Below the pieces are notes generated by a model. The model was not told the origin of the DNA and did no database searches. It worked only from the letters and a program-made list of their open reading frames with translations. Below, one piece after another: positions 20,658 to 31,316 of a stretch of 64,000 nucleotides of DNA. The stretch is from NCBI GenBank assembly GCA_963845295.1, contig CAWJRP010000018.1, positions 1,003-65,002 of the forward strand. Direction: 5' to 3'. Within the stretch, counting starts at the first letter, position 1; each line of letters begins with the position of its first letter. Origin of the DNA: Sulfurimonadaceae bacterium. GTDB lineage: Bacteria > Campylobacterota > Campylobacteria > Campylobacterales > Sulfurimonadaceae. Made by a program: the position numbers and the translations under genes.

Positions 20658-21881
20658 ATGACGTATTTTTTAAATTTTAGAGAAGTAACCTATGCTCTTT
20701 CCGAAGCACTTGATTATGTCGGAATTGATGATACGATGCACGGTAAACGAGTCGGCTATATGTCTGCCGAAGTGGCAAAACGGTTAGGATGGTCATCTGA
20801 GCGGATTGATAGAATTATTTTGATGGGAATGCTCCATGACTGCGGTGTATCCTCTACCGATGTCCATCATCATCTGGTTACGGAACTCGATTGGGATAAT
20901 TCTCAGGTTCACTGCCAAAGAGGTGCATTGCTTCTTTCAAAAGTCCCTTTTTATAGCGATTATGCTGAAGTTGTTTTATATCATCATACCCATTGGGATC
21001 AGCTCCCCGCAACAGCAAGTAGTGAAATGAAAGAGGAATCCAATCTGATCTATCTGACCGATCGGGTAGATGCTCTGAGAGTCCAGCTCGGTTCATCCAC
21101 ATTGCATGAAAAAGCAGATGTCCGTTCAACGATCCAAAAACACGTAGGTGAGATGTTCTCTCCCGAGCTGGTAGAAGCTTTTATTGAGACATCGCTTGCT
21201 GATTCGTTTTGGTATTATCTGGAAGCGGAGTCGCTGGAGGGGTATTATGAAGATTGGATTAATCAGTCGGATTCATCAGAAATTGTATTTGAAGAGTTAA
21301 AGAACATTGCGTTGATGTTTGCCGATATCGTAGATGCAAAAAGCCGATTCACCTCTAAACATACCTACGGTGTCGCTGCCCTTGCCTGCTATTTATCCAT
21401 ACTCAGCGGATTATCGGAAGCTCAGCAGGAAAGTATAGAACTTTCGGCATTTTTTCATGATTTGGGTAAGCTGAGAGTAGCTGATTCGATTCTTCATAAA
21501 CAGGGTCCCTTAGATGAAGAAGAGAGAGCACAGATGAATCGGCACGGGTTTGATTCAAATGTAATCCTCCGTAAAATAAAAGGGTTTCACGAAATTGCTA
21601 AAATTGCGTCAATGCATCATGAAACGTTAGATGCGAAGGGATATCCATACCATCTAGGGGGTGATGAAATCCCTATTGAAGCGAGAATATTGACGGTGGC
21701 TGATATTTTTCAGGCCTTGGTGCAGGATCGCCCCTATCGGAAGGGTCTTACGGCAGCGGAAGCGTTGAATATTTTGAATACTATGGAAAATGAACTTAAG
21801 TTAGACAAATCCATCGTAGAGTTAGTACGGCAAAATTTGGTTGAGTGCTATGAGCGGGCAATGTACGCTGAGAACATTTAA
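20658..21881 (+). CDS. Tandem HD / HD-GYP c-di-GMP phosphodiesterase
   Basis: LHDCG, then HDLGK...HHETLDAKGYP...ADIFQALVQDRPYRK. Confidence 0.9.
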   Translation: MTYFLNFREVTYALSEALDYVGIDDTMHGKRVGYMSAEVAKRLGWSSERIDRIILMGMLHDCGVSSTDVHHHLVTELDWDNSQVHCQRGALLLSKVPFYSDYAEVVLYHHTHWDQLPATASSEMKEESNLIYLTDRVDALRVQLGSSTLHEKADVRSTIQKHVGEMFSPELVEAFIETSLADSFWYYLEAESLEGYYEDWINQSDSSEIVFEELKNIALMFADIVDAKSRFTSKHTYGVAALACYLSILSGLSEAQQESIELSAFFHDLGKLRVADSILHKQGPLDEEERAQMNRHGFDSNVILRKIKGFHEIAKIASMHHETLDAKGYPYHLGGDEIPIEARILTVADIFQALVQDRPYRKGLTAAEALNILNTMENELKLDKSIVELVRQNLVECYERAMYAENI

Positions 21882-22014
21882 TCCTATATTTTAAGTGTAA
21901 AACACCAGAAAATAGCGTTATTCAGGGCATTGTTGAAGAATAAAAAGGTATGATAAAGATTAAATCGGTTAGTATGAGAGCTTATGTACCTAACCAATAA
22001 AGTGTTTTAAACTT

Positions 22015-24333
22015 ATGAAACGATTGCTATCACTGTTCTCATTATTCCTCTTTTTTGTCTCGGTATCGGTAGCGGAAGAGATACGATTTGGCGTGTTCGC
22101 CTACGCCGGGGTTGAAAAAACCCGTGCGAAATATCAGCCTCTCGTCGACTATCTCAATACAAAACTCGATAACCGTGTTGTGTTGGAAGTATTGACCCAA
22201 GAGGAGATGGACGAAAAAATCGCCAAAGGTCAAATCGACATTGCGACCACCAATCCCACCCATTTTCTTGTTATCCGTAAAACTTATGCTCTAAGCGGAG
22301 CTCTTGCGACTTTGATCAGTGTCGGTAAAGATCATATACCGACCAGTCAGCTCGGCGGAGTGATCATCGTCCGTCCTGAGAGCATGATCGAGACTCTTTC
22401 CGATATTAAAGGCAAGTCGATTTCGACACCGAGTTTGAAACATATGGGAGGGTACAGAGCGCAGGTTTATGAACTGAACCAAAACGGGATAAAAATCGAT
22501 GAAAAACATAATCGGATTCTTCAAACCCATGATTCTCATCAAAAGGTCGTACAAGATGTGTTGATGAAAAAAGCAGATGTTGGGTTTATCCGTGACGGTA
22601 TTTTAGAAGATATGATCGCAAACGGAGAGATTCACAAGGGTGATATTCGAGTTATTCATGAACAAAAATACCCCAATTATCCGTATGTCGTCTCGACGAA
22701 ACTATATCCCGAATGGCCTGTATTCGCTCACCCGCATACGCCGGAATCGGACGTAAAAGCTTTTGTATCAGCCCTTCTTTCACTCCCTCCGACCTATGAA
22801 ACAACGGTGAAAAAAGGGATTTACGGATATACCCTGCCGGCCGATTATCTCGTGGTCGAAGAGCTTGCCCGCTATTTACGCCTCCCTCCGTTTGATCAAA
22901 AACCGAGATTTACCTATCTCGATATTTGGGAACAACACTATAAAGAGCTTATTTTTATTATTGCGGTATTGATAGTGATTGTGGTCTATTATACACGCGA
23001 GCGGCGGAGAAAAAAACTGTTTGAGTCGCTTCTCACCAATATAGGAGACGGTGTTTACGGTGTGAATCGGGAGGGGAAATGCACCTGGATCAATAAACAA
23101 GCCCTTTTAATGACCGGTTTTAGTGAAAAAGAGATACTAAATAAAGATCAGCACGCTTTTTTTCATCATAATAAAAATTCTCATGAACCCGACAGTGAGT
23201 TCGGGTGTCCTATCTATCAAACGCTTGATGACGGCATAACCCGTTCAGGGGAAGAGTATTTACTTCATAGTGACGGTACTTTTTATCCGGTCAATTTGAC
23301 CGTTGCTTCTACAGGAGATGGAGCCATCATCGTTTTTCGGGATATTACGGAGCAAAAACAGCTTCAAGAGACACTACAGCGAAGTGAAGATAGCCTCAAA
23401 AAAGCGCAATCGATAGCTCATATCGGTAGTTGGGAACTTGATTTAAATACGAACAGACTGGTTTGGTCGGATGAAATTTATCATATCTTTGAAATCAATC
23501 AATACACATTTAAAGCCTCATATGAAGGGTTTCTTCATGCCATCCATCCAGAAGACCGTGATATGGTTAATCAGGCATATCTAAAATCGTTGCAAGACCG
23601 AAAAAAATATACGATTGATCATCGTCTTTTGATGGAGGACGGAAGGATAAAATGGGTTCGGGAAGTGGGGGATACGGAGTTTGATGAGGATGGGGGAGCC
23701 CTGATATCTCGAGGAACCGTGCAGGATATTACTGAAGAGGTAGAAATCAACCAAGAGCTTCACGATACAAAATTAATGCTTGAAGAGGCAAATACCGTTC
23801 TGCAGCTAAAGAATAATCAGCTAAAAGAGCTTGCCATGCAAGACGGTCTTACTCAGATTCCGAATCGCCGTTTTTTCGATGAGATGTATGAGAAAGTCTA
23901 TAAAGAGATAACCCGAGATAAAAAAACGTTGGCGGTTATGATGATTGATGTCGATTATTTTAAACTCTATAACGACCACTACGGTCATATTGAGGGAGAT
24001 GCGTGTTTGATCGCTATTGCAAAAGCTTTGAAAAACACCCTCAAACGGCCGAGTGATATTGTTGCCCGTTACGGAGGGGAAGAGTTTGTGGTTATAGTCA
24101 AAAATATCGATTTTGAAGGGGCGATGAGTGTTTCAGAGCATTTACGCAGTGCGATTGAAGCGTTGCATATGGTGCATGAGTATTCGACCGTGACCGATCA
24201 TGTAACCATCAGTATCGGAGTGGCTTTTAAAGAACAAGAGGAGTTTATTACGAAAGAGATGCTTCTCAAAAAAGCGGATGATGTCCTTTATCAAGCAAAA
24301 AAAGAGGGTAGAAACAGGGTGAATATCTGCTAA
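22015..24333 (+). CDS. Diguanylate cyclase: periplasmic phosphonate-binding-like domain, TM, two PAS, GGEEF
   Basis: PhnD-like N-terminus, PAS motifs, DGLTQIPNRR, DVDYFKLYNDHYGH and RPSD...RYGGEEF. Confidence 0.9.
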   Translation: MKRLLSLFSLFLFFVSVSVAEEIRFGVFAYAGVEKTRAKYQPLVDYLNTKLDNRVVLEVLTQEEMDEKIAKGQIDIATTNPTHFLVIRKTYALSGALATLISVGKDHIPTSQLGGVIIVRPESMIETLSDIKGKSISTPSLKHMGGYRAQVYELNQNGIKIDEKHNRILQTHDSHQKVVQDVLMKKADVGFIRDGILEDMIANGEIHKGDIRVIHEQKYPNYPYVVSTKLYPEWPVFAHPHTPESDVKAFVSALLSLPPTYETTVKKGIYGYTLPADYLVVEELARYLRLPPFDQKPRFTYLDIWEQHYKELIFIIAVLIVIVVYYTRERRRKKLFESLLTNIGDGVYGVNREGKCTWINKQALLMTGFSEKEILNKDQHAFFHHNKNSHEPDSEFGCPIYQTLDDGITRSGEEYLLHSDGTFYPVNLTVASTGDGAIIVFRDITEQKQLQETLQRSEDSLKKAQSIAHIGSWELDLNTNRLVWSDEIYHIFEINQYTFKASYEGFLHAIHPEDRDMVNQAYLKSLQDRKKYTIDHRLLMEDGRIKWVREVGDTEFDEDGGALISRGTVQDITEEVEINQELHDTKLMLEEANTVLQLKNNQLKELAMQDGLTQIPNRRFFDEMYEKVYKEITRDKKTLAVMMIDVDYFKLYNDHYGHIEGDACLIAIAKALKNTLKRPSDIVARYGGEEFVVIVKNIDFEGAMSVSEHLRSAIEALHMVHEYSTVTDHVTISIGVAFKEQEEFITKEMLLKKADDVLYQAKKEGRNRVNIC

Positions 24334-24427
24334 AAAACCTTAATTCTGTCGAATAACCTGCAAAACAATATGAATGTTTTGATTATTTTATTACAATGCG
24401 ACAACTATAACCAAAAGGATAGGAAAC

Positions 24428-24724
24428 ATGGGATCATACGACGCACTTTTTGAAGATGAAGAGGATATTTTCGGGGGGACTCCCGAGTCGAAATATTGGG
24501 ATATTGTGAAACAAGTAAGCCCGGATATCGCACGTTATGAGTTTGATTCGATGATCGCTAAAATGGCGGCGATGGAGCAGATGCTTATGGAACACCATGA
24601 CGAAGAGTCTCTTGATAAAATCATCGATCGTTATATTTTCTCCAATGAGGGCATTATCGAAGAACGTAAAAAAAGTCTTTATATGGAATACGCCGGACGC
24701 CTTATCTATAAACTGTCTGACTAA
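24428..24724 (+). CDS. DUF2018 family protein
   Basis: DIFGGTPESKYWDIV N-terminus typical of this Campylobacterota family. Confidence 0.7.
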   Translation: MGSYDALFEDEEDIFGGTPESKYWDIVKQVSPDIARYEFDSMIAKMAAMEQMLMEHHDEESLDKIIDRYIFSNEGIIEERKKSLYMEYAGRLIYKLSD

Positions 24725-24768
24725 TAGAGAAAAGATCATAATAAATAGAGAATGGGAAATCCAAACGA

Positions 24769-26022
24769 ATGGTTAAAGTCAAAGCAGAACGGATTTTATT
24801 AGTTGATGATAACAAGACACTCTCAAAGCTGATCAGCTTAAAAGTAAAAAGTGAACTGGGGATAGATATCGATATCGCCTACTCGCTCTCTGAAGCGGAG
24901 CTGTTTACCCATAAGTACACCTACACCTTAGCGATCCTCGATCTCAATCTTCCCGATGCACCCAACGGGGAGATTGTGGATGTGATACTTAAAAAGAACA
25001 TCCCTTCAATCGTTTTAACGGGGAGTGTCGATAAAGAATTTCGCAAAGCGATGATTAAAAAAGATATTATCGATTATGTCCACAAAGGGGGGATTGGTGA
25101 TATCGATTACGTTATCGATATGATTAAGCGACTTCTCAAAAACCGCTCCCATAAAGTGATGGTGGTGGATGATTCTGTGGTGTTTCGAAATCAGATGAAA
25201 AAGATGGTGGAGAACCTCTTTTTCCAAGTATTTGCATTGGCTCACGGGGAAGAGGCACTGCTGATTTTAGAAGAAAATCCCGATATCAGGATGATTATCA
25301 CCGATTACAATATGCCGGTAATGGATGGATTGGAACTCACCAAAGCGGTACGTAAAAACTACTCCAAAGATCAGCTCAGTATATTTGTCCTCTCTTCGAG
25401 TGATGATTCGGATGTTTCGGCGATGTTCCTCAAAGGGGGGGCTAATGACTTTATTAGCAAGCCGTTTAGTAAAGAGGAATTTTCATGCCGATTGAACAAT
25501 GCGATTGAGGCATTGGAGAATATCGATACTCTTACTAACTATTCACATCGTGACTTTTTGACGGGACTCTATAACCAGCGTCATTTTTTCACACTGATGG
25601 AACCCTATTTTGCTGAAGCACTCTCTCAAGATGAGAATTTCGTAATAGCGATGATCGAAATCGATAATCATCAACACGTTAACGATACCCATGGAGCGGA
25701 GATCGGGGACAAGGTAATTATCCATGTCTCAGAGATACTTCGATCCGCTATCTCACATCAGGATATACTGGCCCATTTCGGCAAAGAAGAGTTTTGTTTG
25801 GTCTTAAAAGATACAACCAGGGAGAGTGCTATCGATATTTTGGAACATCTCCGCCAAAAAGTATCTTTTACCCCTCTCATCCTCCCAGAAGAGATAGCGC
25901 TTACTATTTCGATTGGGGCGGTGCTTGAACATGAAGATACGTTGAATGAGACGTTGAGTGAAGCAGACGGTGCGTTAGATCAAGCGAAAGCGATGGGGAG
26001 AAACAAACTCTACGTTGTGTAG
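24769..26022 (+). CDS. Double-REC response regulator with degenerate GGDEF (CbrR-like)
   Basis: Two REC domains, DFLTGLYNQR and active site GKEEF. Confidence 0.85.
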   Translation: MVKVKAERILLVDDNKTLSKLISLKVKSELGIDIDIAYSLSEAELFTHKYTYTLAILDLNLPDAPNGEIVDVILKKNIPSIVLTGSVDKEFRKAMIKKDIIDYVHKGGIGDIDYVIDMIKRLLKNRSHKVMVVDDSVVFRNQMKKMVENLFFQVFALAHGEEALLILEENPDIRMIITDYNMPVMDGLELTKAVRKNYSKDQLSIFVLSSSDDSDVSAMFLKGGANDFISKPFSKEEFSCRLNNAIEALENIDTLTNYSHRDFLTGLYNQRHFFTLMEPYFAEALSQDENFVIAMIEIDNHQHVNDTHGAEIGDKVIIHVSEILRSAISHQDILAHFGKEEFCLVLKDTTRESAIDILEHLRQKVSFTPLILPEEIALTISIGAVLEHEDTLNETLSEADGALDQAKAMGRNKLYVV

Positions 26023-26039
26023 CGTTTGTTTATGCCCTA

Positions 26040-26450
26040 TTACTGAACGGTAGGAAGCCCTTGCGCTTTCCATTCGGTAATTCCCCCTTTGAGGTTTAGC
26101 GGGGTGAAACCGTTTTTGACGAGGATCCGTGAAGCAGCGATACTGCGGTTTCCGCTGTGGCAATAAACGATGATTTTGTTATTTTTGACATTGGCGATCA
26201 ATGCGAGATTTTTATCAAGCGTTTGCAACGGGATTAGAACCGCACCCTCGATATGTTCTTGGGTAAACTCATCGGGTGTCCGAACATCCAGCAGAGAGAT
26301 ATTTTCTCCCTCTTTTATAAGTTTATCCGCTTGTTGCGGGGTAACGGATTCAAAGTTCGTAAAAATCCACCCTTTAGAGTAGGCTAAATAGCCGAAAAGT
26401 GCGATAATGAGAACCCAATATCCGATATTAAGCAGTCGTTTTTTTTCCAT
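26040..26450 (-). CDS. Rhodanese-like domain protein
   Basis: LLDVRTPDEF, HIEGA, YCHSGNRS and LKGGITEW. Confidence 0.92.
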   Translation of the reverse strand: MEKKRLLNIGYWVLIIALFGYLAYSKGWIFTNFESVTPQQADKLIKEGENISLLDVRTPDEFTQEHIEGAVLIPLQTLDKNLALIANVKNNKIIVYCHSGNRSIAASRILVKNGFTPLNLKGGITEWKAQGLPTVQ

Positions 26451-26459
26451 GTAGTTCCT

Positions 26460-27218
26460 TTATATTCCGCGTGATTTTTTGATCATCTCGTAGGCGCCGT
26501 TGATCTCTTGTACTTTTTCAGTCGCCTCTTTGAGATACTCGTCCGATGCCCCTTGTGATTTGATGATGTCGGGGTGGTATTCGCGCACCAGCGAACGGTA
26601 CGCTTTTTTTACTTCATCGTTGGTTGCTGTTGATATAAGTCCCAAGAGTGCATAGGCTTGATCGATTGAGCTCTCTTTGACACTGTGGCGATGATAAGAG
26701 CCGAATCGCTCCAGCATAGCAGAGAGATCGGCATCGCTGAAATGTAAATGTTTGGCGATTACTCGGAGCATCTCTTCTTCACTGTGGCTGAGGGTTCCGT
26801 CGATGAAAGTGAGGTTGACCAAAAATTCCATCATCTTGAGCCGTTTATGCGCATCACCCTCTAAAGCACTATAGAGCGCTTGCGCAACCGGATCAAGATT
26901 ATGCGGTGCATCTTTCTCTTCATCAAAAATCTCTTTGAGCATTCTTTTGGTTGCCTCAGAATCAGGGAAGAGGGCACTGATGTCGTTAAACATATTGCTG
27001 ATAAGCTCCGCTTCGAGCTCATCAACTCGACCGTCGGCTTTGGCCACTTTGGCACTGAGTGCGACAAACAGCCCCAGTTCACTGTAGGCGAGGTTCTCTT
27101 TGGTGAGTTTAAAACCGGCGAACTGGTTTTTGGAGTAGGTGTGCTGATTTTGGGCAAAACTACGGGAAAGCCAGTAAAAGAGGAGTGCAACAACGGCAAA
27201 GATAATGATTTGAGTCAA
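26460..27218 (-). CDS. djlA: DjlA-like co-chaperone (TerB plus J domain)
   Basis: AKVAKADGRV TerB motif and C-terminal J domain with HPD; probable TTG start at 27218. Confidence 0.85.
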   Translation of the reverse strand: MTQIIIFAVVALLFYWLSRSFAQNQHTYSKNQFAGFKLTKENLAYSELGLFVALSAKVAKADGRVDELEAELISNMFNDISALFPDSEATKRMLKEIFDEEKDAPHNLDPVAQALYSALEGDAHKRLKMMEFLVNLTFIDGTLSHSEEEMLRVIAKHLHFSDADLSAMLERFGSYHRHSVKESSIDQAYALLGLISTATNDEVKKAYRSLVREYHPDIIKSQGASDEYLKEATEKVQEINGAYEMIKKSRGI

Positions 27219-27328
27219 GGTGAATCCTGATATAAAAATAAAGCGATAGTGTATCCACAAAAAGTAATTTCGGGAAGTATTTCGGAGCGCTATAATAGCA
27301 GGAAGAAGATTTATATAAGAGGTAAAAT

Positions 27329-28141
27329 ATGAAAATGCCACCCCTTATCTACGGGACAGCGTGGAAAAAAGAACAAACGGCTGATTTAGTCGAGACGGCA
27401 ATTTTGAGCGGATTTCGCGGTATCGACACCGCGTGTCAACCGAAACACTATCACGAAGCCGGGGTGGGTGAAGCGTTAATGCGGTTGGCGCAAGCCGGTA
27501 TCGGACGAGAGGAGTTGTTTGTACAGACCAAATTTACCCCCCTCGCAGGACAAGACCCTCAGAAAATACCGTATGATCCCAATGCACCGCTGGAGATTCA
27601 GGTGGCACAATCGTTTGAGCGATCACAGCATAACCTTCAGAGTGACTATGTCGATTCGCTGATACTTCATTCACCGTTGTTTCCCTATGCGCATCTGCAA
27701 AAAGTATGGGGTGCTATGGAGAGTATCTACCATAGCGGCAAAGCGCTAGGAATCGGGATCAGCAACTGTTATGATCTGGAGTTGCTCAAACGCCTTTACC
27801 GTGATGCAGAGGTAAAGCCCTCGGTAGTCCAAAACCGATTTTACGCCGATAGCGGATACGATGTTGAACTGCGGCAGTGGTGTAACGAAGTAGGAATCAT
27901 TTATCAGAGTTTTTGGTCACTCACCGCCAACCCTCATATATTAGGGAGCAGAGAATTTTTTGCCCTGACACAGGAATACAACAAGAGCGAAGCTCAGATA
28001 CTCTATCGCTATCTCTCCCATGTGGGAATCGTACCGCTGATCGGATCAACCTCAAAACAACATATAGATGAGGATTTGGATATATATAGTTTTGAACTGC
28101 GGGCCGATGAGATTGAGAATATTAGTGTACTTTTGGTATAA
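27329..28141 (+). CDS. Aldo/keto reductase
   Basis: YGTAW, GFRGIDTA, REELFVQTKF and IGISN. Confidence 0.9.
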   Translation: MKMPPLIYGTAWKKEQTADLVETAILSGFRGIDTACQPKHYHEAGVGEALMRLAQAGIGREELFVQTKFTPLAGQDPQKIPYDPNAPLEIQVAQSFERSQHNLQSDYVDSLILHSPLFPYAHLQKVWGAMESIYHSGKALGIGISNCYDLELLKRLYRDAEVKPSVVQNRFYADSGYDVELRQWCNEVGIIYQSFWSLTANPHILGSREFFALTQEYNKSEAQILYRYLSHVGIVPLIGSTSKQHIDEDLDIYSFELRADEIENISVLLV

Positions 28142-28298
28142 TCGGTTAGAATTAGTCTAAAAATAGTCATATACTGATCTGAATATATCGCCGATATATG
28201 ACTGTATAAATGCTATAGTTTTTAATGTAAAAGTAGTGGGTAATTTTCTAAGAAGACCCCATTGTTATTTTGTACATCAAATACTTAGGAGTTGAATT

Positions 28299-28724
28299 AT
28301 GATTAAGGCTTTATACATCGTTCTACTGAGTACCTCGTTATGGAGCAGCGAAAATGTTGCTATTGTAAAAAATGTCAGCGGTGAAGTTCTTGTCAAGCAT
28401 GACGGGGCATTCAACCCGATTAAAAAAGGGGGGTTCTTATATGTCGGCGATCTCCTTCAAACCTCCGATAAGAGCAGTGTCGGGGTAATATTTAACGATG
28501 GAACTATTGTTTCACTCGGTTCCAAAAGTGTTTTTGTGGTGAACAAATACCATTTTAAACCGAGTGCTAACGATTATGCTATTGATATGGGTCTCTCAAA
28601 AGGGACTGCCGCAGTCGAAACGGGAAAAATCGGAAAGCTCGCTCCTAAAAATTTCGCATTTACCGTTCCTCAAGGAACCGTCGGTGTTCGCGGAACCAAA
28701 TTTATAGTTGATATTGAGGAATAG
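28299..28724 (+). CDS. Periplasmic FecR-domain protein
   Basis: Signal peptide; GDLLQT, FNDGT and TVGVRGTKF. Confidence 0.85.
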   Translation: MIKALYIVLLSTSLWSSENVAIVKNVSGEVLVKHDGAFNPIKKGGFLYVGDLLQTSDKSSVGVIFNDGTIVSLGSKSVFVVNKYHFKPSANDYAIDMGLSKGTAAVETGKIGKLAPKNFAFTVPQGTVGVRGTKFIVDIEE

Positions 28725-28727
28725 TAC

Positions 28728-29324
28728 ATGGCACCTTTTTTCATCTATACAGGGATTATCCTGATGTTGCCGTTTATTTTTTCAGGGCATAAAACGACCG
28801 TAATTTTACTGGATAACAATAATAGTACTAACGGTATCATCGTAACAACGCAGGGTGGAAGTGTTGACATCGATACCCCCAATAACGAAACAACCCTCTC
28901 ATCTCCGGAAGCTAAACCAGAACCGCAAAGCAGTGTCGCGCTTGACGTGATTGAAAAAAAATACGCTCAAGCACTCGAAGCGCTACCGGTGCATCCGGAT
29001 TCTCTTACTTTTTATTTTGAAAATGATTCGGTAGAGTTGACACCCGAATCGAAAGCTCAGACGCAATCGCTAATTGATGTAATCAAAAGACGCGAACCGT
29101 GTATAGTCGATATTATCGGACATACGGATACCAAAGGCTTACGAGAATCAAATTATGAGCTTGGATTAGAACGGGCTAAAATGGTGAAGATCTTTTTAGA
29201 AGAGGAGCATGTTCAACTCAGTGAAGTCCATGTTGAGTCGTACGGTGAGAGCAATCCTCTTGTCCCTACCGCTGATGGGGTAGATGAGCCTCGTAATCGA
29301 CGGGTTGAAGTCCTTGTTCGCTAA
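28728..29324 (+). CDS. OmpA-family peptidoglycan-binding protein
   Basis: YFENDS, IIGHTDTKG, LGLERA, YGESNP and NRRVEV. Confidence 0.9.
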   Translation: MAPFFIYTGIILMLPFIFSGHKTTVILLDNNNSTNGIIVTTQGGSVDIDTPNNETTLSSPEAKPEPQSSVALDVIEKKYAQALEALPVHPDSLTFYFENDSVELTPESKAQTQSLIDVIKRREPCIVDIIGHTDTKGLRESNYELGLERAKMVKIFLEEEHVQLSEVHVESYGESNPLVPTADGVDEPRNRRVEVLVR

Positions 29325-31260
29325 ACATAAAACCCGCTTTCTCCTCGCGTTTGTTGCGACCGCACTTTTTTATGCGTTGTGGTGGAACAGCGCACTCCTC
29401 GCAACGCTTGATTACAAAATTTACGATCTCTTGTCAGCCTCAGAGATAAAATCGCCGGTCTCGCAGGCGACAGTTGTCGTTGAGATCGATGAGAGAAGTT
29501 TGGAAGCTTTGGGACAGTGGCCATGGCCGAGAGTCATCATGGCTCAGCTATTAGAAAAAATTGCTTCCATGAACCCTGCAACGACCTCTGTGGATATTAT
29601 TTTCCCCGAAGCTGACCGCACTTCCCCCTCTGAACTCGAAAAGTTTTATACCCATTTTTTCCATCTTGATCCAGAACTTTCAGGAGTTCCGGATACGCTG
29701 AGAGATAATGACCGTTTGCTAGCCGATACGATTGCAAAGATGAATCTTATCCTCCCTGTATTTTTTGATCCGAGCGGTTCGGTGCAAAAATCGTATCCTC
29801 TCCCCACATCGCTGAATATTTCTCCGAATGAGAATGTTGCTCTCTTATTTAACAGCCCTTATTTGGTCAGCAGCCTACCGATTTTACAGAATGCTGCCCA
29901 TGGATGCGGTCATATTCAAGCTTCGGCGGACAGGGACGGTATTTTTAGACGTCTCCCCCTTTTTATCCGCTATAACGATAAGCTGATTCCGACGTTGGGA
30001 CTCTCTGCCATGTCGACGCTTGAATCGAATATGAAACTGACATTCGATTCATACGGCAGAGGCATTGCGGTGGATATTCTGGGGCATACTATCCGCTCAG
30101 ACGAGCACTCTCAAGTTTTGTTGCAATTTTATCCGCAACAGTGGTATAAAACGGTTTCAGCAGTGGATGTACTGCGCGGAGCGGTTGATCCTGCGGTATT
30201 TGCGGGTAAATATGTCTTCATCGGCGCGACTGCTATGGGGCTGCACGATAATTATATGCTCAGTGACGGAACCCTTCGTCCTGGCATTATGGCTCATGCG
30301 ACTTTGATTGAAAACATTCTTGATAATGCTTTGGTCAGTGAAACTTCATTTACCAAACGTATATTATTTGTATTCTCCCTATTCAGCGCGATAGTTCTCA
30401 TGATATTAATGCGTGCAAAAAAATACATCTACGTATTAACCCTTTTCTCACTGCTTAGCATCGGCATACTTGTTCTCAGTATGATTATGATGAGACATAA
30501 TTTTTATGTTTCGACAGGTTATTTTATTATCCCCCTTGCCTTTTATCTATTTGTTTTGGCAATGGTATTATTTGTTATCTATTATAGCGATCAAAAACGT
30601 TTTTATGAAAAGATGGCAAAAGCCAACGAAGCGATGATCGACAGTATGGCACTGGTGGCCGAAACACGCGATACGGAGACCGGTGCTCATATTATGCGCA
30701 CCAAAGAGTATATTCGGGTGTTAGCGGAACACCTTCTATCGAAGGGATTTTACCGTGATATTATAACGCAGGAGTATATTGTGGATCTCTATCATGCCGC
30801 ACCGCTACATGATGTCGGTAAAGTAGGGATACCGGATGGAATATTGAAAAAGAACGGTAAACTCACAAGCGAAGAGTTTGAAATTATGAAAACGCATTCT
30901 TACCTAGGAAAAAAGATCGTAGAAAATGCAATAAGGCAGTATCAACAAAGTACCATCATGATGAGAGCGCAGAATATCGCCCATTTCCATCATGAAAAAT
31001 GGGACGGTTCGGGGTATCCTAACGGACTAAAAGGGGATGAGATTCCTTTGGAAGCGAGGCTTATGGCTTTGGCTGATGTTTATGATGCACTTATCAGCCG
31101 TCGTGTCTATAAAGAGGCATTCTCGTACGAAACATCTGAGAATATTATTATTGAGGGTCGCGGAACCCATTTTGATCCGATGTTGGTCGATGCATTTGTA
31201 GAGATAAAAGAGCAGTACAAGAAGATTGCAGAGGAAATTAATGAGGGGGCTTTGCGTTAA
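29284..31260 (+). CDS. CHASE2-TM-HD-GYP phosphodiesterase
   Basis: IDERSLEALGQWPWPR, DGIFRRLP and PGIMAHA (CHASE2); HDVGK and HHEKWDGSGYP. Confidence 0.92.
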   Translation: MSLVIDGLKSLFAKHKTRFLLAFVATALFYALWWNSALLATLDYKIYDLLSASEIKSPVSQATVVVEIDERSLEALGQWPWPRVIMAQLLEKIASMNPATTSVDIIFPEADRTSPSELEKFYTHFFHLDPELSGVPDTLRDNDRLLADTIAKMNLILPVFFDPSGSVQKSYPLPTSLNISPNENVALLFNSPYLVSSLPILQNAAHGCGHIQASADRDGIFRRLPLFIRYNDKLIPTLGLSAMSTLESNMKLTFDSYGRGIAVDILGHTIRSDEHSQVLLQFYPQQWYKTVSAVDVLRGAVDPAVFAGKYVFIGATAMGLHDNYMLSDGTLRPGIMAHATLIENILDNALVSETSFTKRILFVFSLFSAIVLMILMRAKKYIYVLTLFSLLSIGILVLSMIMMRHNFYVSTGYFIIPLAFYLFVLAMVLFVIYYSDQKRFYEKMAKANEAMIDSMALVAETRDTETGAHIMRTKEYIRVLAEHLLSKGFYRDIITQEYIVDLYHAAPLHDVGKVGIPDGILKKNGKLTSEEFEIMKTHSYLGKKIVENAIRQYQQSTIMMRAQNIAHFHHEKWDGSGYPNGLKGDEIPLEARLMALADVYDALISRRVYKEAFSYETSENIIIEGRGTHFDPMLVDAFVEIKEQYKKIAEEINEGALR

Positions 31261-31316
31261 TCTAATTGACAAAGGCTCCACGATTAGGTGTTACTTTGGC
31301 TTAAAAGGATTAAATT

